The notes: generated by a model from the letters alone, not told the origin. A stretch of DNA of 64,000 nt from Selaginella moellendorffii (GCF_000143415.4 NW_003314282.1:825374-889373), one strand, 5' to 3'; counted from the first letter of the stretch, positions 37,298 through 50,509 are shown. Program-made: numbers and translations.

Positions 37298-39523
37298 ATG
37301 CATTGCTTGCAACCAGCTCAAAGGTTTTCCTACATAGAATCCGTGAGAAATTGTTCTGATGAACGGAGGAGGACATCCATTTGGCTTGCAGAACTCAAAG
37401 AATGCAGTCGCTCCAGGGACTTACACAGGGGGAGATTGGTCCACGCTGATATTAGTGACAACGGGGATGACTCAAACATCTACATAGCAAATACACTGGT
37501 CAGTATGTATGCCAAATGTGGAAGCCTAGTGGAAGCTCGAAGGGTCTTCGACAGGATAAGCTCTCGTAGTTTAGCGTCCTGGAATCCTTTGCTACTGGGG
37601 TACGCAGAAACTGGTGAACCGGAGCTGGCTTTGCAGTTATTTGCTCGGTTGCTACGAGAAGGCTACGCAGCAGAGACGCGAACATACGTTGCTGTAGTGA
37701 AGGCTTGCACGAACTTGGCAGCAAAAGAAGAAGGCAGGGAACTATCTAAGCAGGTTGTGAAGGTAGAGTCTCTGGAGAAAGGCTTTGCAGTTCATTGTGA
37801 AGCGTCCAAGAGCAGCTGCGAGTCCCACATCTTTGTGGCGAGTGCTCTGGTGGACATGTACTCGAACTGTGGGAGTATGGAAGACGCTCAGCTGGTTTTC
37901 GACAGAATGCCGTATCACGACGTGGTTCTGTGGAACGCTTTGATACTTGGCTATGCGGTGAACGGGGATGGAAACTTTTCACTACAGTTGATGGCTCAGA
38001 TGAAAGCTGAAGGCTGTCAACCTGATGCTCGAACTTTCGTCGCTGCTTTGAAGGCCTGCAGTGCTTTGGCTGTGGAAGAAGACGGCAGGGAGTTTTTCCT
38101 TTGCGGGAAGCCAAGGCTGGTGAAGGTTGACGCGCTGGCCAAAGGCTTCACAGTTCACTCTCAAGCAGCAAAGCGAGGGATCGACTGCTCCAATGTTTTC
38201 GTGGCAAGCGCCCTGGTGGACATGTACACAAACTGCGGGAGTTTAGTCGATGCCAAGCGCGTCTTCGACGGGACGGCCTCGCGTTTTGACGCCGTGCTAT
38301 GCAACGCCTTGATGCTCGGTTTTGCTGACAACGGGGAAGCAGAGGCAGCTCTGGACTTGTTTACTCGAATGAAGCTCCAAGGCTGCGAACCAAACGCTCT
38401 CACTTTTTCAGAGGTACTCAAAGCTTGTGGCTCTGTTGCGGCTCTACGAGTTGGAAAGGCAATTCACGGTAGCATCCTCAGGTCTGGCCTAGAGAAAGAC
38501 AAGGTTCTTACGAACTGCCTGGTGGATTTCTACGGGAAATGTGGCAGCATGGTGGACTCACAGCAAGTTTTCGATTCGGTTCTCTCTCCGGGCTGCATAA
38601 CTTGGACTGCTCTCATAGCTGGCTACAGTCATCTAGGGGAAACAAGACTGACTTTTAGTTCTTTCGAACGGATGCAACAAGAAGAAGTGAGAGCGAACGG
38701 AATCACTCTAGGCTGCATTCTCTACGCTTGCAGCCACGCTGGTTTGGTATCCAAAGGCAAGAAGTACTTCCAAGCTATGAAAGGCAGATTCAGCATTGAG
38801 CACACACTAGAGCACTACCACTGCATGGTGGATATGCTGGGAAGGGCCAGCGACCTAGAAGCTGCTCTGAGACTGGTGGAAACTATGCCTTTCCAGCCGG
38901 TCTACTTGACGTGGATGATCCTGTTGGGTGCTTGCAAGAAGTGGAAGAACTCCGAAGTCGGACGGATTGCCTTTGAAGCTCTGGTGAAGATCGACGAGAG
39001 AGAAGCTGCGGCGTACGTGCTCATGGAGACGATCTATGGAAGCCGAGGGATGTGGGAGGAGCAGGCTAGGATCGAGATGATGCGAGTGGAGGCTCGGGCA
39101 TGGAAGAAACCAGCGGGACGAAGCTGGTGGACGGACGATCTGGGAAGAGTTCACAGCTTCATCGTGGGTGATACGAGCCATCCACAGAGCGAAGAGATCA
39201 ACACGAGGCTAAAGTTAATAGTGGCAACGATGAAGGGGCACGGGTACGTAGCAGACGTGGGAAGTGTGGGGCGAAAGGTTCCAGAGGCCGAGAAGGAAGA
39301 GAACTTGTGTGGCCATAGCGAGAGGCTGGCCATAGCTTGTGCTCTACTCAACACTGCTCCTGGCACGACACTCCGGATCATGAAGAACCTCCGGGTTTGC
39401 GATGATTGTCACGAGGCAACAAAGATTATTTCCAGGATCGAGAAGAGGCGGATAGTGTGCAGGGACGCGACTAGATTTCACGACTTCTTCAACGGGGAAT
39501 GCTCGTGTGGGAACTTTTGGTGA
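37298..39523 (+). CDS. PLS-E-DYW PPR protein (organellar C-to-U RNA-editing factor)
   Basis: Intronless 741-aa ORF with PPR motifs, E domain and deaminase signature HSERLA...CDDCH; ends CSCGNFW. Confidence 0.95.
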   Translation: MHCLQPAQRFSYIESVRNCSDERRRTSIWLAELKECSRSRDLHRGRLVHADISDNGDDSNIYIANTLVSMYAKCGSLVEARRVFDRISSRSLASWNPLLLGYAETGEPELALQLFARLLREGYAAETRTYVAVVKACTNLAAKEEGRELSKQVVKVESLEKGFAVHCEASKSSCESHIFVASALVDMYSNCGSMEDAQLVFDRMPYHDVVLWNALILGYAVNGDGNFSLQLMAQMKAEGCQPDARTFVAALKACSALAVEEDGREFFLCGKPRLVKVDALAKGFTVHSQAAKRGIDCSNVFVASALVDMYTNCGSLVDAKRVFDGTASRFDAVLCNALMLGFADNGEAEAALDLFTRMKLQGCEPNALTFSEVLKACGSVAALRVGKAIHGSILRSGLEKDKVLTNCLVDFYGKCGSMVDSQQVFDSVLSPGCITWTALIAGYSHLGETRLTFSSFERMQQEEVRANGITLGCILYACSHAGLVSKGKKYFQAMKGRFSIEHTLEHYHCMVDMLGRASDLEAALRLVETMPFQPVYLTWMILLGACKKWKNSEVGRIAFEALVKIDEREAAAYVLMETIYGSRGMWEEQARIEMMRVEARAWKKPAGRSWWTDDLGRVHSFIVGDTSHPQSEEINTRLKLIVATMKGHGYVADVGSVGRKVPEAEKEENLCGHSERLAIACALLNTAPGTTLRIMKNLRVCDDCHEATKIISRIEKRRIVCRDATRFHDFFNGECSCGNFW

Positions 39524-40031
39524 CGGGAGATTCTTTCAAAAGATTTAAATGACGATTAAAATGACTTATCATTTCATAGGTTGATCAAGTTATTCTTGTG
39601 ATGCTTTATATCAGGCATTGAGGTTCCAATCCAAGATGCAACAGGAGGGGCAGCAGGCAGATCGGTGAAGCCTAGGGCGGGGACGGATGGCTTATCAAAA
39701 AAACTTACTATAATCTGTTGGTCTCACAAAACTTTATAAACAGATAATGAATGAATGAGTAATAGTACAGCTTGGCATTTTGTTTTATAGTCTTGCTATA
39801 TATATATACTAGTATTTGCTCAGCCAATGCTGGGTAGTTGGCAAAGCCTCTCAAACTTACTAACATATCTTTGTGAGAATTTGCTCACATCTCACAATTT
39901 CCTTGTGAGATGATTCCTTTATTTTTAGCACCAGTCCATTGTTATTCATTGGGCCATAGGGAAAATTAAGAAATAAACAAAGTTTATTGTAGTTTGTTTT
40001 ATGTTTTAAGGTGTAGTAGGACAGGAGTTAG

Positions 40032-43000
40032 TTAATATAAAGCTTCTTTATATACAGTATTGATGAATGTTGATGAATTAAATGGAATTAAATGGCCTTA
40101 TGTATGATTTGTGTCAACTCAAATTGCAAGTTGTTGTGGTGATGTGCATCTTGAGAGTGCAACATAGAACTGCCCATGGGTAAAGACTGGCTGGGGTAAA
40201 TAGATGCCTACATGATCAAATGTTTAACCTTGGTATTTTGAAATTGTTAAACAGTATCCAAGACGAAAAGGAAATTGTTTTCGAGACATATGAAATGGAA
40301 CATTTGAATTAAAGGGTGTTAAGTTAATGCATGGGATAAAAGTTCTAGTACCTTTAAATTCACCTGTAATTATTTCACAGTCCAAAACTTTAGGTGAAGT
40401 TCTTTTGACCATTAATCAAGTTCCATCGCATAATCCAATTGTTGGAGATATATTTCTCAGAAAAATAATTATACAACCTTCTTTTAGTATTAATTTGTGT
40501 GGTGGTAGTCTAGAGGGAGTGATAGAGTTTAGAAATTTAATTGGGAATTCTTCAGGGTGTTCAACATCAACAGAGTCAATGCTAGTATAAATTTGAGGTG
40601 GACTTGGTAATTGAGAGATGATGTTGTTATTAATTGGAAATGTATCATCATTGAGAGGTGTTAAAATGGCTCTATTTACTACAATTTGAACATTTGAAAT
40701 ATCTTCAATACATGGGAATATAAAATCAGTAATAGAGGTACTTCTAATTAGTTCTAAAGGAAGAAGGATAGAATCAAGTGGTAAAATAGGGTTTTGTGTG
40801 TAATTATTTCCATCACCGACTTTCAATAGTCATTCTGCCCAGTTTGGGAACTTGGGGCCAAGCTGCATATTTGTTTGCAATTGAAACTTTCTAAATAGAT
40901 TCCATAGACTATTCATTTTTACAGATGTGGAAACAATCTGTGCTTAATAACTGTGTGGGACAATTATTAATGTTTGACGGAAGTCACCACTTGTAACAAT
41001 AACAATGCCACCGAATGGAGAATTATTATGTTTTAAGTCTTGTAGGCAACGGTCGACAGCTGAAAAAGCAAATGTATGAACCATACTAATTTCATCCCAA
41101 ATAAACACTTGTATTGCTTTTGTAGATCTACCAGCACTGTTATTATGTGTTAACTTAGAAACAGATGTATCATTAATTGGAACTGGTAACTTAAAAATTG
41201 TATGGGATGTTTATCCATTGTGTAGTAATGTGCTTGCAATACCTGTCCATGCCATACAAACCACTTTTTTATTGTAGAACTCAAAATATTTTACTATTGT
41301 ATTTAATAAATATGTTTTGCCAGTACCACCAGGGCCATCAATAAAAATAAAACGGTTGGTATCGGTTGGGCACTCGACAATATTAACAATTTCATTGAAT
41401 ATAGCTAATTGTTCAACATTCAAGTTTCTAATATAATGGTAAATTTCTGTATATAAATGGTTGCAATTTAGTATTGGTTGAATAGAGGTATATAGGATTG
41501 GGATAGGTAAATTGTATGGTTGATTTGTTTTACCATGTATTTTCATTCTTGAGTTAATGTCTATTAGAGCAAGTTTATATCTGTATACAATATTTGTTTT
41601 ACCAAAATCTTCAGAGAGTTGATCCTTAAAAACATCCCAAAGATATGGTGGGTTTTGTGGATTGCAAAAAATACATATGAAAGTAAAGAGTTGACGCAAT
41701 TGTGTAGGCATCTGAAAATTGCATGTTTTTTGTAAACAATTATACCACTCATTATTATCATCAACAAGACCCATAACAACAGCAGCTTATTGAAAGCTTT
41801 GGTAAGTTATATCATTAATTGTTTTAATATTGTCGAAGGATGTCGCTCCTCTTTTATGAAGAAGAATAATACGTAAGTGGTACAATTCGGTATTTAGAGG
41901 AGATACTGAGTATAGTCGAGGAATAACCTTTTTCTTTTTTTGACGTTGCCAAACATTAGCAGATTTATTGAAAACATAATGTAAAGGTATTTCAACGTAA
42001 GTATATTATCTTGCATTCAGATCATGAATATTGAGTTCAAACCATTTTGCTAGCATTGTTCCATTACATGCTGCTCTTTGCAAGGCATTGTGCTCCAAAC
42101 CTTTTGTAAAATACACATTTGGAAGTCAGGAAGATGTACGGGCAGACGTATTATAGGGTGTGAGCATCCATGCATTTTAAATTTAAATATCCTCCAAATA
42201 GCTTCTGGTGTTGAAATGTATCGGGTATTTATAAAATTCATGATTTCATCCCAGTTTAATATGTTTGCAAATTGAGTAGCTGTTTGGATTTGAATGGTTG
42301 CACAATCATATCCTTTATAAACATATTGAAAAAGATACTTAATACTTTTAATTGATGCACATATTTCTATATTTATATGGGTTTTGTATTTTTTACATAA
42401 ATATTTATTATGGTACAATCCATCTATTATCAATTGGAACATCATTTTTAAGGAAGGTGCAATCATTGTTTGGCCTAAAATATTCTGGGTACCTATCCAC
42501 ACAATATGTAGTTCCGTCATTGAAGTTTTTGGGATAGTTTTTGGAGCATTTTTTGTTTTCCATACATGGACTTTGAGGATTTAGTAATCCACATGGACCA
42601 TGTATCATATGTGATGTGATTATTTCAAATAGTTTGGGCTCTGATAAAGGGTCAGGTAATTGAGCAGATACATATTGGTCAATAGTGTCACGGTCTTTAA
42701 TTTTACTTTCATTATCTAATATGCCTAGGAAATGACAATGTGGCAAACCTCTTTTTTGGAACTCAATGACATATATAAATGCAATATTCCAAAGATATTA
42801 TTTTGTGTAATATCATGGAGAAAATATTTTAGCTTCATGTTAAAAACCCTAGCAACTAAATCAGGTCGGTCTTCAAGTCCTTCATTAGGGTGCAGATTTT
42901 GTAATATCTCAAGCCATTTAGGGTTGCAAGTGAAAGTTATAAAAATATCAGGTTTTGAGTGTTTTGATAGCATCTTGGTAATTTTGTTGCATAGCTCTTG

Positions 43001-44313
43001 GGTTTCTTGTAAAAGTAGAAGGTAAAATAACAATTTTTCCTTGTTGAGCATTTGCATTAGCAATTTTGCCAGCAACATAATCCATCAAACCTGTATAAAA
43101 ATCAACTCTTATATTTTTTTGATTAGATCTATAGTATTGTAAATTGTTGCTTTCAATTTTAACATAGGCATCTACAATATATTGTTGGGTGAGTTTTCCA
43201 GCATGTAAAATTTGGTCATATGTAACTGTAGAGGTTGATAATGTTGAATCTCTTTTGGACAAATGATAGGCATAATATTGAAGGAGTGTTACATGCTTGT
43301 TAGAAGAAAGCTTGTCATGCTAGGCTCTATCTTCATGTGGAAAAAGCAATGGATAAACCATAGGATCACAATTACCATTTAAAATAGATATATGTTGTGG
43401 TTCTGATGATTTTGGATGAATGCATATTTCACAGTCAAAAGGTGGCACACCATCTTCACTTTGGAAAACTATTGCAACATCATTAGTTTGTGGAGTATTA
43501 TATCGACGATGGTCTGTGCCTTCATTTTTAATAAGCATATAAACTCCATGTAAATTGCTACCAGAAATAATAGTTCTTGAAAGATTTTCCCGTTCCAATT
43601 CATACATCATTCTAAAAGCTTGTGCATATAGATTAATATATCGAAGTATCATATCTAGTTGAAGTAGTAAATTATAATCACAATTAATGTTAAAAGGGTT
43701 TTGTTTTCTGATATCAGTAGCCTCATTGGAGTCTAGTATTTACAATTGACTATAGCTTGGATTTTGATGTATTGAAGGATGTTGTGGCATAGATTTGTCC
43801 ATGAATTCTATAGTAGTATGGACCATGACCTGTAAAAGTATTAATGCTAGCTCCCATAAACGCAAAAGCAAGTGCACTATTATATTGTCTTATATTACTC
43901 TTGAAATTAGAGTGTTTGTGTGAGTTATATATAGAATACAGAAAAGGTGGTAATGGAAGTATTAGAGGCAGGTAGACCTGTCCACTCTGACAACAAATAG
44001 ACTTCTTCTCATCAGCAAAGTGTGAGGTATGACAATACTTACAAATATATGATAAGGGACCTATATTCAATGTCAAAACAGATGTATCATTATATAGGTA
44101 ATTGCTAGCAAATGTGCTGCGAATCTGAGGTGAAGGGCAAATAGGAATTGGAAATTGACTGCTGTTCAGTGTGATTATTAAGATTTTTTTGATGTCGATA
44201 CTCTGTATCCTCTTGAATATTACTGTTGTAAAAGCTATATGTATGCTGGTGCTGGTTAGTGTCTTCAACATTATCATTGTACGTGGAATGTGTATGTCTG
44301 TGTCGAATAGCAT
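40032..44313 (-). pseudogene. Helitron Rep/Pif1-helicase (RepHel), fragmented
   Basis: CC.SGQV, NIRQYNSALAF, DPMVYPLLFP, PDIFITFTCNPKW, PHCH (HUH), MIHGPCG, KYLFQYVYKG, GPGGTGKTYL, RKQFPFRLGYCLTISK; split by stops and frameshifts. Confidence 0.93.
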
Positions 44314-46056
44314 TCAGTACATGTCGAAGGCGTGACATTATTTTCAATAGTTTCTTTTGGAAATGGAGATCAGATATTAGGGCCGATAGAAAGCAAAAGA
44401 TATTTACTGAGGGGTATGGACAGGCATAAAAACTAACCTTTTCAATGCAATCAGGTGATGCCAAAAAAGAGTAGATTGATGTGTGTTACCTGATACAGTG
44501 TCTTCTCGCAAGACTTACATTTTTTCTACCTCACTACGAGTGCCATGTTTTGTCCACCAAATTGGGATCTGCGAGGTGCACGCTCCAATTGATGGAATTC
44601 GTGGAGCAATGCGGCGCCTCAGATCTGCGAGCTCGAATGGAGGATCATCCCGTCGCGTAGCGGCGATTGCAGATGTAGATGTTGTCAGGCTTCACATCCA
44701 GGTGCATAAGGCTGTGCCGACTGAATGTGCTTCAAAGCATTTAAGAGCTTAAATTGCCTCGTCCCACTTCCTGGCAGTGGAGTAAGAATGAAGATCATAC
44801 AAATTCTACGCACCACAAATACCTTGCTTTGATGGAACTCCTCACAAATAACAACTTGTGATGGGGTTCTCAGGAGCAAAGACACCAGCGTTGACACAGC
44901 GCCTCCAATTTGGATCGCCCAAAACCTAATTGTGAGATTTAGGATTATTGTGAGATTTAGCAAAAAAAGTGTGACGGATTGGATCTGGCGCTTTTGGGCG
45001 AGTGGGATTTCTAGGGCATTGCGAGATGTCGTTGCCCTAGCTACAGCAGTGTCAGGCTTGTCGCCATAGCTCAAGAATCTGTTTGAGGCCGTGGCTCGAA
45101 TCGCTGTGCACATCAAGGAGAGTGGACGCGCTGCTGCTGGAAAAGACTGATGGCTTCTAGCGTGGTAAGAAAAAGTTCCACGTAACTGATTCGGGTCAGG
45201 CTTGATACTAAACTGCAGCCCCCAGGCCCTCGCCGCCTCTGTCGCCCAGGAGTGGGATTTCACTGCCAGCCTCGTCCGTGTGGAGAATCCACAAGGAGCC
45301 GCAAGTGAAGCCAATCCTGCTGGCTCTCAGCTTCAATCATGGCGTCCATAGCAAGTGTAGCTCTTGCTCTGCCCATGTCATCTTCTTCAAGACCAAGTGC
45401 CAAGTACTGCGAGAAAACAGGTAAATCGCCACAGCAATGTAGTTCTACACCAGGTACTCTTCTCCAACTTCCTTATGCTTTAGTTTGATGTCGTAAGTGT
45501 AGGAATCCATTTCAGCTACATTTGGGAATGACGTTTCATCTGCTACATCGTAAAAACCTTTCTAAAAAACATGAGAGTTTGGTGGGATTTCCAGTATTAT
45601 GAGACTTTTTTGCGTTTGTAGGTTTTGGATTCTTATTTTGAAGATTCTGAAGAAAACTATACTGAGGCCACTTCCCTTTGCTAAAGGATTTGTTAAATCA
45701 CTCAAGGTAAACTTTTCTTTGTTGCTGTCAATTTGAACTCCAATGCTAATGCTTATAAAATATAGGACTAACAAAACCAGCACTATGGAGTTTTTTTTCA
45801 AATTGAAGAATGGTGAAGATTATAGAAAGGAAGCATTTGGAAGCAATTGGTATCCATGTCTCATGAACGGTCTCATTTGTAGAGAAAGTCAGGTATACTG
45901 TCATTTATCAGATCTTAGGAACATCTCTAATATATCACTTGAACATAGCCACAATTTTCAGTGATGGCGGCTCTTGAGCTTTATAAATAACTTGTGCTGC
46001 ATGCAGATAGTTTTTTCTGGATTGAGTAAGCGGATTTTTTCTTGGAATGTCATGTA

Positions 46057-46572
46057 GGCACTCTGGTGCATTGACGACTGGGAGTCCCAAGTGAGGAGAT
46101 CACAGGTCTTGTGTATTTACAGCAACGAATTTAATCGATTGTTTTTCTCATCTCCAGGGATATAGAGATTGTTTTGGAGAGGATTGTCTATCCAGTCAGC
46201 TCCTGATCAAGGTTATGATTTTTATGACTAGGCTTTTCAGTTCGCCCAAACTTTTGATTTATGTCCAGGCTATGGTTGATGTTTGTGAGATTGGAAATAC
46301 GGTACCGGGAGAATTGAAGAGCCCTAAGGAAGAAATTCGAGATTCTAGGCTGAATTACACAGAGGACGAAGAGCTCGAGCAGCTAATACATGGAAATGTC
46401 TGCATGGTCGATTATCCTGGTGAAGGTACTTCGAAATTTGCTCACTGGTTAGTTTTTTCATAAGTTGTGATACAGGTAGCAAAGACTATAGAACTGGCAG
46501 AAGGGTTGTTCTTTCCGGTGATTTTAATCCATTGCATGAAGGTCATCTTACACTGATGAGCACGGCATGCAC
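46057..46572 (+). pseudogene. Helitron-captured fragment of a nucleotidylyltransferase-superfamily gene (introns retained)
   Basis: SPK*GDHR, EDEELEQLIHGNVC and VLSGDFNPLHEGH (HxGH motif) separated by short introns. Confidence 0.6.
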
Positions 46573-46689
46573 GTAAGTTTCCTGAAAAAAAATGTTTTTG
46601 TTGGTCTAACGCAAGTTACAGCCTTGTGCAAGGCGGCAATCCAGGAAGCTCTAGACGTGGCGGACAATGCCTTTCAAGCCCAGCTTCGT

Positions 46690-46788
46690 GACATGATGAC
46701 GTTGCTGGCTTGCTGCAAGAAGTGGGGCAATGCAGCGATTGGGAAGCTCGCATTCCAGAGAGTCTTGCAAGAGACTTTGAGGTTGTAA
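46690..46788 (+). pseudogene. Captured PPR E-domain fragment
   Basis: MMTLLACCKKWGNAAIGKLAF, compare WMILLGACKKWKNSEVGRIAF in the PPR-DYW gene. Confidence 0.6.
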
Positions 46789-47346
46789 TAATACAATGGA
46801 TCCCATAAACAATTATGCAGCAAGCTTGTAGACAATATATTGTACAAACAGAAAATGAAAGCACACGGGAATAGGAAATGAAAGCACACTGGAACAGGAA
46901 ATAAAAGTGCACAGTACTCTAATCAACCTTGAACGCAATAACTTTTGGTGAGCTTTGATTGGCACCAGTCGAAAATAAGAAGTGGTGTATTGGTGGCTTC
47001 TTTGTCTCCAAAAGTTTGATTGCCTCAAGCATTCGAGTAGAAGTGAACATTCTTAGAAACTAACTAGGAGTGAGACCATATGCTTGGTCTATATAAGTGT
47101 CCTCCATGCAAACATTTTGGGGATGGCTAGTATCTGGATAGAATTTGCCATGGACCCGCAAAGTTTGAAAAAACGTTCGTTCATTCTTGCAATAGTGGCA
47201 CCAACTAATATTTCACATTTGTTTCTCGACCCTAAACTTTTTGCAAACATGGCAGCCGCAACAAACAGAGATTGCTCAAGGGTTTTCAGGGATGAAATGG
47301 CTATGCACCTATTGACAAAACATGTGTTTTGAACAACTGGTATACA

Positions 47347-48205
47347 TCAAGAGAGACATACCCCAAAGAAGTTCTTTCCGTATATGAATGAGACAGAGTG
47401 CAACTGCTTCTGTATATGATCCCAAGGCGTATCGTCAGGAATTTTCAAGACAATAGTCGAGGGTGCAATCCTAAACACATTTTTATCTTTAGTTCCTCGA
47501 AGATTGTAGAAAATACGACTTGGCATGGCCCCAGCAAACCATGATGATTTGAGCTTATGATAGACATGGTCCATATCACCCAGCACATGCACCTATGTTT
47601 GAAGTTCACCAAAAAATCCAGTCAGAATATTACAAATACCTTATAGGTGTTTTCAGCTTCAAGATCATCAGTAATGAATATGATGTTTGTAGTGTTAGGC
47701 GTTTGATCTACACCAGTGATTGCCGTAGCAACCGTTGAAGAAGTATAAGCAGAAGCATCCACTGCAAACTGACTCAGTGGAACAATGTCTGATGGTCTAA
47801 CAAAATCAAGCACTGGAGGAGCCTTCTCTAGCCATGCTTGAACATGTGTGGCCATAGAAATATCCACTGAGAGACGATGGAGCCCAAATGATATTTCAGA
47901 TTTTTAGCTCTGACTTTGTAGTGTTGAATACATAGCCAGTTAGATGGCTTGAAAAGGTGGTTGTATTTATCAGCAGCGTTGGCTGCCATTGAAGCTGTTG
48001 CAAGGTGCATGCCGTAGCTGTCAGTGAAATTGATATTAAGAAACCTTGATGTTGATGCCATGCTTGTTGAGTGGATCTCATGTTGGAAATCATAACTGCC
48101 ATACCGAGATAATACATATATAAGAAGCGGCTCACCACCTGAATGGAGCTGTAGATCTGCAATATGAACACATGCATATTGTGTTTCCTCAGAAGAAGCA
48201 ATCAA
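47347..48205 (-). pseudogene. Possible OB-fold / RPA70-like Helitron accessory gene remnant
   Basis: Frameshifted ORFs on the RepHel strand; IYVLSRY...FLNINFTDSYG...YNHLFKPSNWLCIQHYKV resembles an RPA-type OB fold; plant Helitrons are known to carry RPA-like genes. Confidence 0.4.
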
Positions 48206-49189
48206 ATTCCATACACTAGGGTCTTGAATGCTATATAATTTATGCTTAGCTAAAAAAGCCCATTACAAACTAAAAAAAAAATTCTAAAATTGAGTAGTAC
48301 CTCCTATAATCCCACAGGGCACTTGGCTGGAAGTCTGTGTCTGAGCACCTGGATCTGGCCACAGAGAAGGTTTATGAAGCAAAAAAGCCAAGTGCCAATA
48401 CCTGCTAAAATAGCAAAGGGACTTTGGAAATGTAACGGCTGTTTGAAGTCTTCTTGTACACCTATTTGTTAAGCTGTAAAGCACTATATTGGGATAGACT
48501 AAGTACCTGAAGCACTAAGCTGTGTAAGGTGCTCAGATCCTGGAAAGAAAAGTGATTAAATTCTGGTTTGTCAAGATAAACACAAACCTGGTTCACTGCT
48601 CTCTCCACCCATCTCTACATCACCTAGAACTTGTTGCTGCTGTGAAGAAACATCATCTGGCGATGGCTGGTAATTGTAATCTACATGATCTTGAGACCCC
48701 ACATCAGAATCACTAGCTGCCACTGCCATCGGAGAGGGCAATCCTGAATGAAGCAATTGATTAACTTTGGGTTAATCACAACTGTTGGCCCAAAGGCCTG
48801 CTTAATTATTGCCACGTCATTAGGCACATGCAAAAACTTGCAATAACTATTTTGCTCGATGAAGGCGTCCAAAATGTATTCCAGCTTCTTATCTTCAGTG
48901 GGAGCATCAGTAGATGATGACGATGAGAGGCAGATGATCGTCGTGGATGGCTGGCTGGAGTTTGAGGCCACAGCTCGAATTGCTGTGCACATCAAGGAGA
49001 GTGGACGTGCTACTGCTGGAAAAGACCGATGGCTTCTAGAAAAAGTTCCATGTAATTGATTCGGGTCAGGCTTGATACTAAACTGCACTCCTAGGAATTC
49101 TTTGATGGTCGGGAACAGCAACCCTTGTATGGCAAATAGGAAAGTTTGTGAGATCGACTTCTTTCCTTTCCAGCTTCACAAATAGATAC

Positions 49190-49855
49190 CTGGTGAGTTG
49201 AATCTACAACTCCTCCCAGCTTTATCTCCTGTAGCAAAGACATGGCTGCTTGCGTCCCTAGGTCTTCTAGAAGCTGGAGCTCGGATGCTCCAAAATGCGT
49301 AGCCACGCACTCAGAGCTTAAAATGCAGCCGGTGGTCGTTTCTGCCACCAGTGAGATCCCATAGCCCAGAGATCTGTGCCATGACAAAGGAAGCAAGATG
49401 AAAAAAGCTTACCTTGCAGCACAAAATCATGGAACTTACTTCCTGGACTCCAAACCAGTGTAGTGATCAGTAAAGATGTACACATCGGGGAGCAAGTGAT
49501 TTAGCATGCCACATTTGATTGGCCATATGAGGTGAGACGCGTGTGGAGTAACTCACTCCTCGGATACGTTTCACCATGCCCTCGTCCACCCATGTAGCAG
49601 CCTGGCAAAGGATTCTTAGCGAGGAGAGAAAGAAAAGAAGAGGAGTTTGGAGAAATTGACCGTGAGGCTCTTGGGGACAATGGGAAATTTGAGGACGACT
49701 TCACTGCCACCCAAGGGAGGAGCTCCGCGGGCAGCAACCTTGAGTTCTAGGCCTTCGATTCGAACACCAAAGTGCTTAAGCGTTGGCAGTGTTGCTGTGC
49801 AAAAGGTGTTGGCGCAGGGATCCCTGCTGTCATTCGTAATGCTTGTCACAGGCCA
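49190..49855 (-). pseudogene. RCL1: Captured fragment of an RNA 3'-terminal phosphate cyclase-like gene (introns retained)
   Basis: ITNDSRDP..TF...TLPTLKHFGV..EGLELK..RGAPPLGGSEV; GYGISLVAETTTGC; LLQEIKLGGVVDSTHQ. Confidence 0.75.
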
Positions 49856-49894
49856 CAAAGAATTCTTCCAAGAGCAAAATCCTGCTACTACTGT

Positions 49895-50215
49895 CTTCAT
49901 CCCTTGGAACACACGAATCGCGCCTCGCAAGCTGCCACACACAGCATACATGTCAATCAGTGCAGTAGACACGATCAAGCTCGAATCCCAGCCAGCAGCA
50001 ACAATTTGGGAGTGGATTTGCTTACCCACCAGAAGAAATCGCGATCCACAGCACGCTCCAAGGGCTGCAACCTACTTGATCCTGCCCGGAGTGATGCCCT
50101 GGAGCAGCAATCTCAAGTCAACACTTTGCATGTGCCACACGTCGCTAGGCCTTCCTCTCCTGCCACACGCGGCTTGGCCACCTCCCATTGGCCGGGAGCA
50201 AACATTAGCGCGATT
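49895..50215 (-). pseudogene. Captured PPR gene fragment at the Helitron 5' end
   Basis: GKQIHSQIVAAGWDSSLIVSTALIDMYAVCGSLRGAIRVFQGM. Confidence 0.75.
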
Positions 50216-50509
50216 ATTCTCAAACACGTGGTTAAAGAAATAACCCCTTTACAGTTACCCCCTATCGGACAGCTGTGATTGGCTAGATCTGGCGGCCCAC
50301 AAAGTTCGGCATTTGCTCCTTATCTACTATAGTAGTAGATGTTCCTGTTGCTTATTTTAACTTCTAAGTAAATAACCACAAAAACATAAACTATTTATTT
50401 TAAGAGAAATTTTATTTTATTTTAACAAGTCCAAAATAGTAATCTGTTGCCTAGTGTGTTCCACTGCTATTAATATAGATTAGCTGTAAGTTTAAATCTA
50501 AAAATCATA

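Larger units (their letters stand above)
39809..50339 (-). mobile_element. Helitron (~10.5 kb) with both termini, decayed RepHel and captured gene fragments
   Basis: Minus-strand 5' end A|TCTACTACTATAG at 50339; 3' end CCCAGCATTGGCTGAG hairpin followed by CTAG|T at 39809; A-T insertion site; RepHel motifs inside. Confidence 0.88.

Noticed and set aside
44685-45314. 209-aa ORF in the Helitron as a real gene
   Set aside because: It crosses apparent cargo junctions and the duplicated 130-bp segment, and has no recognisable domain.
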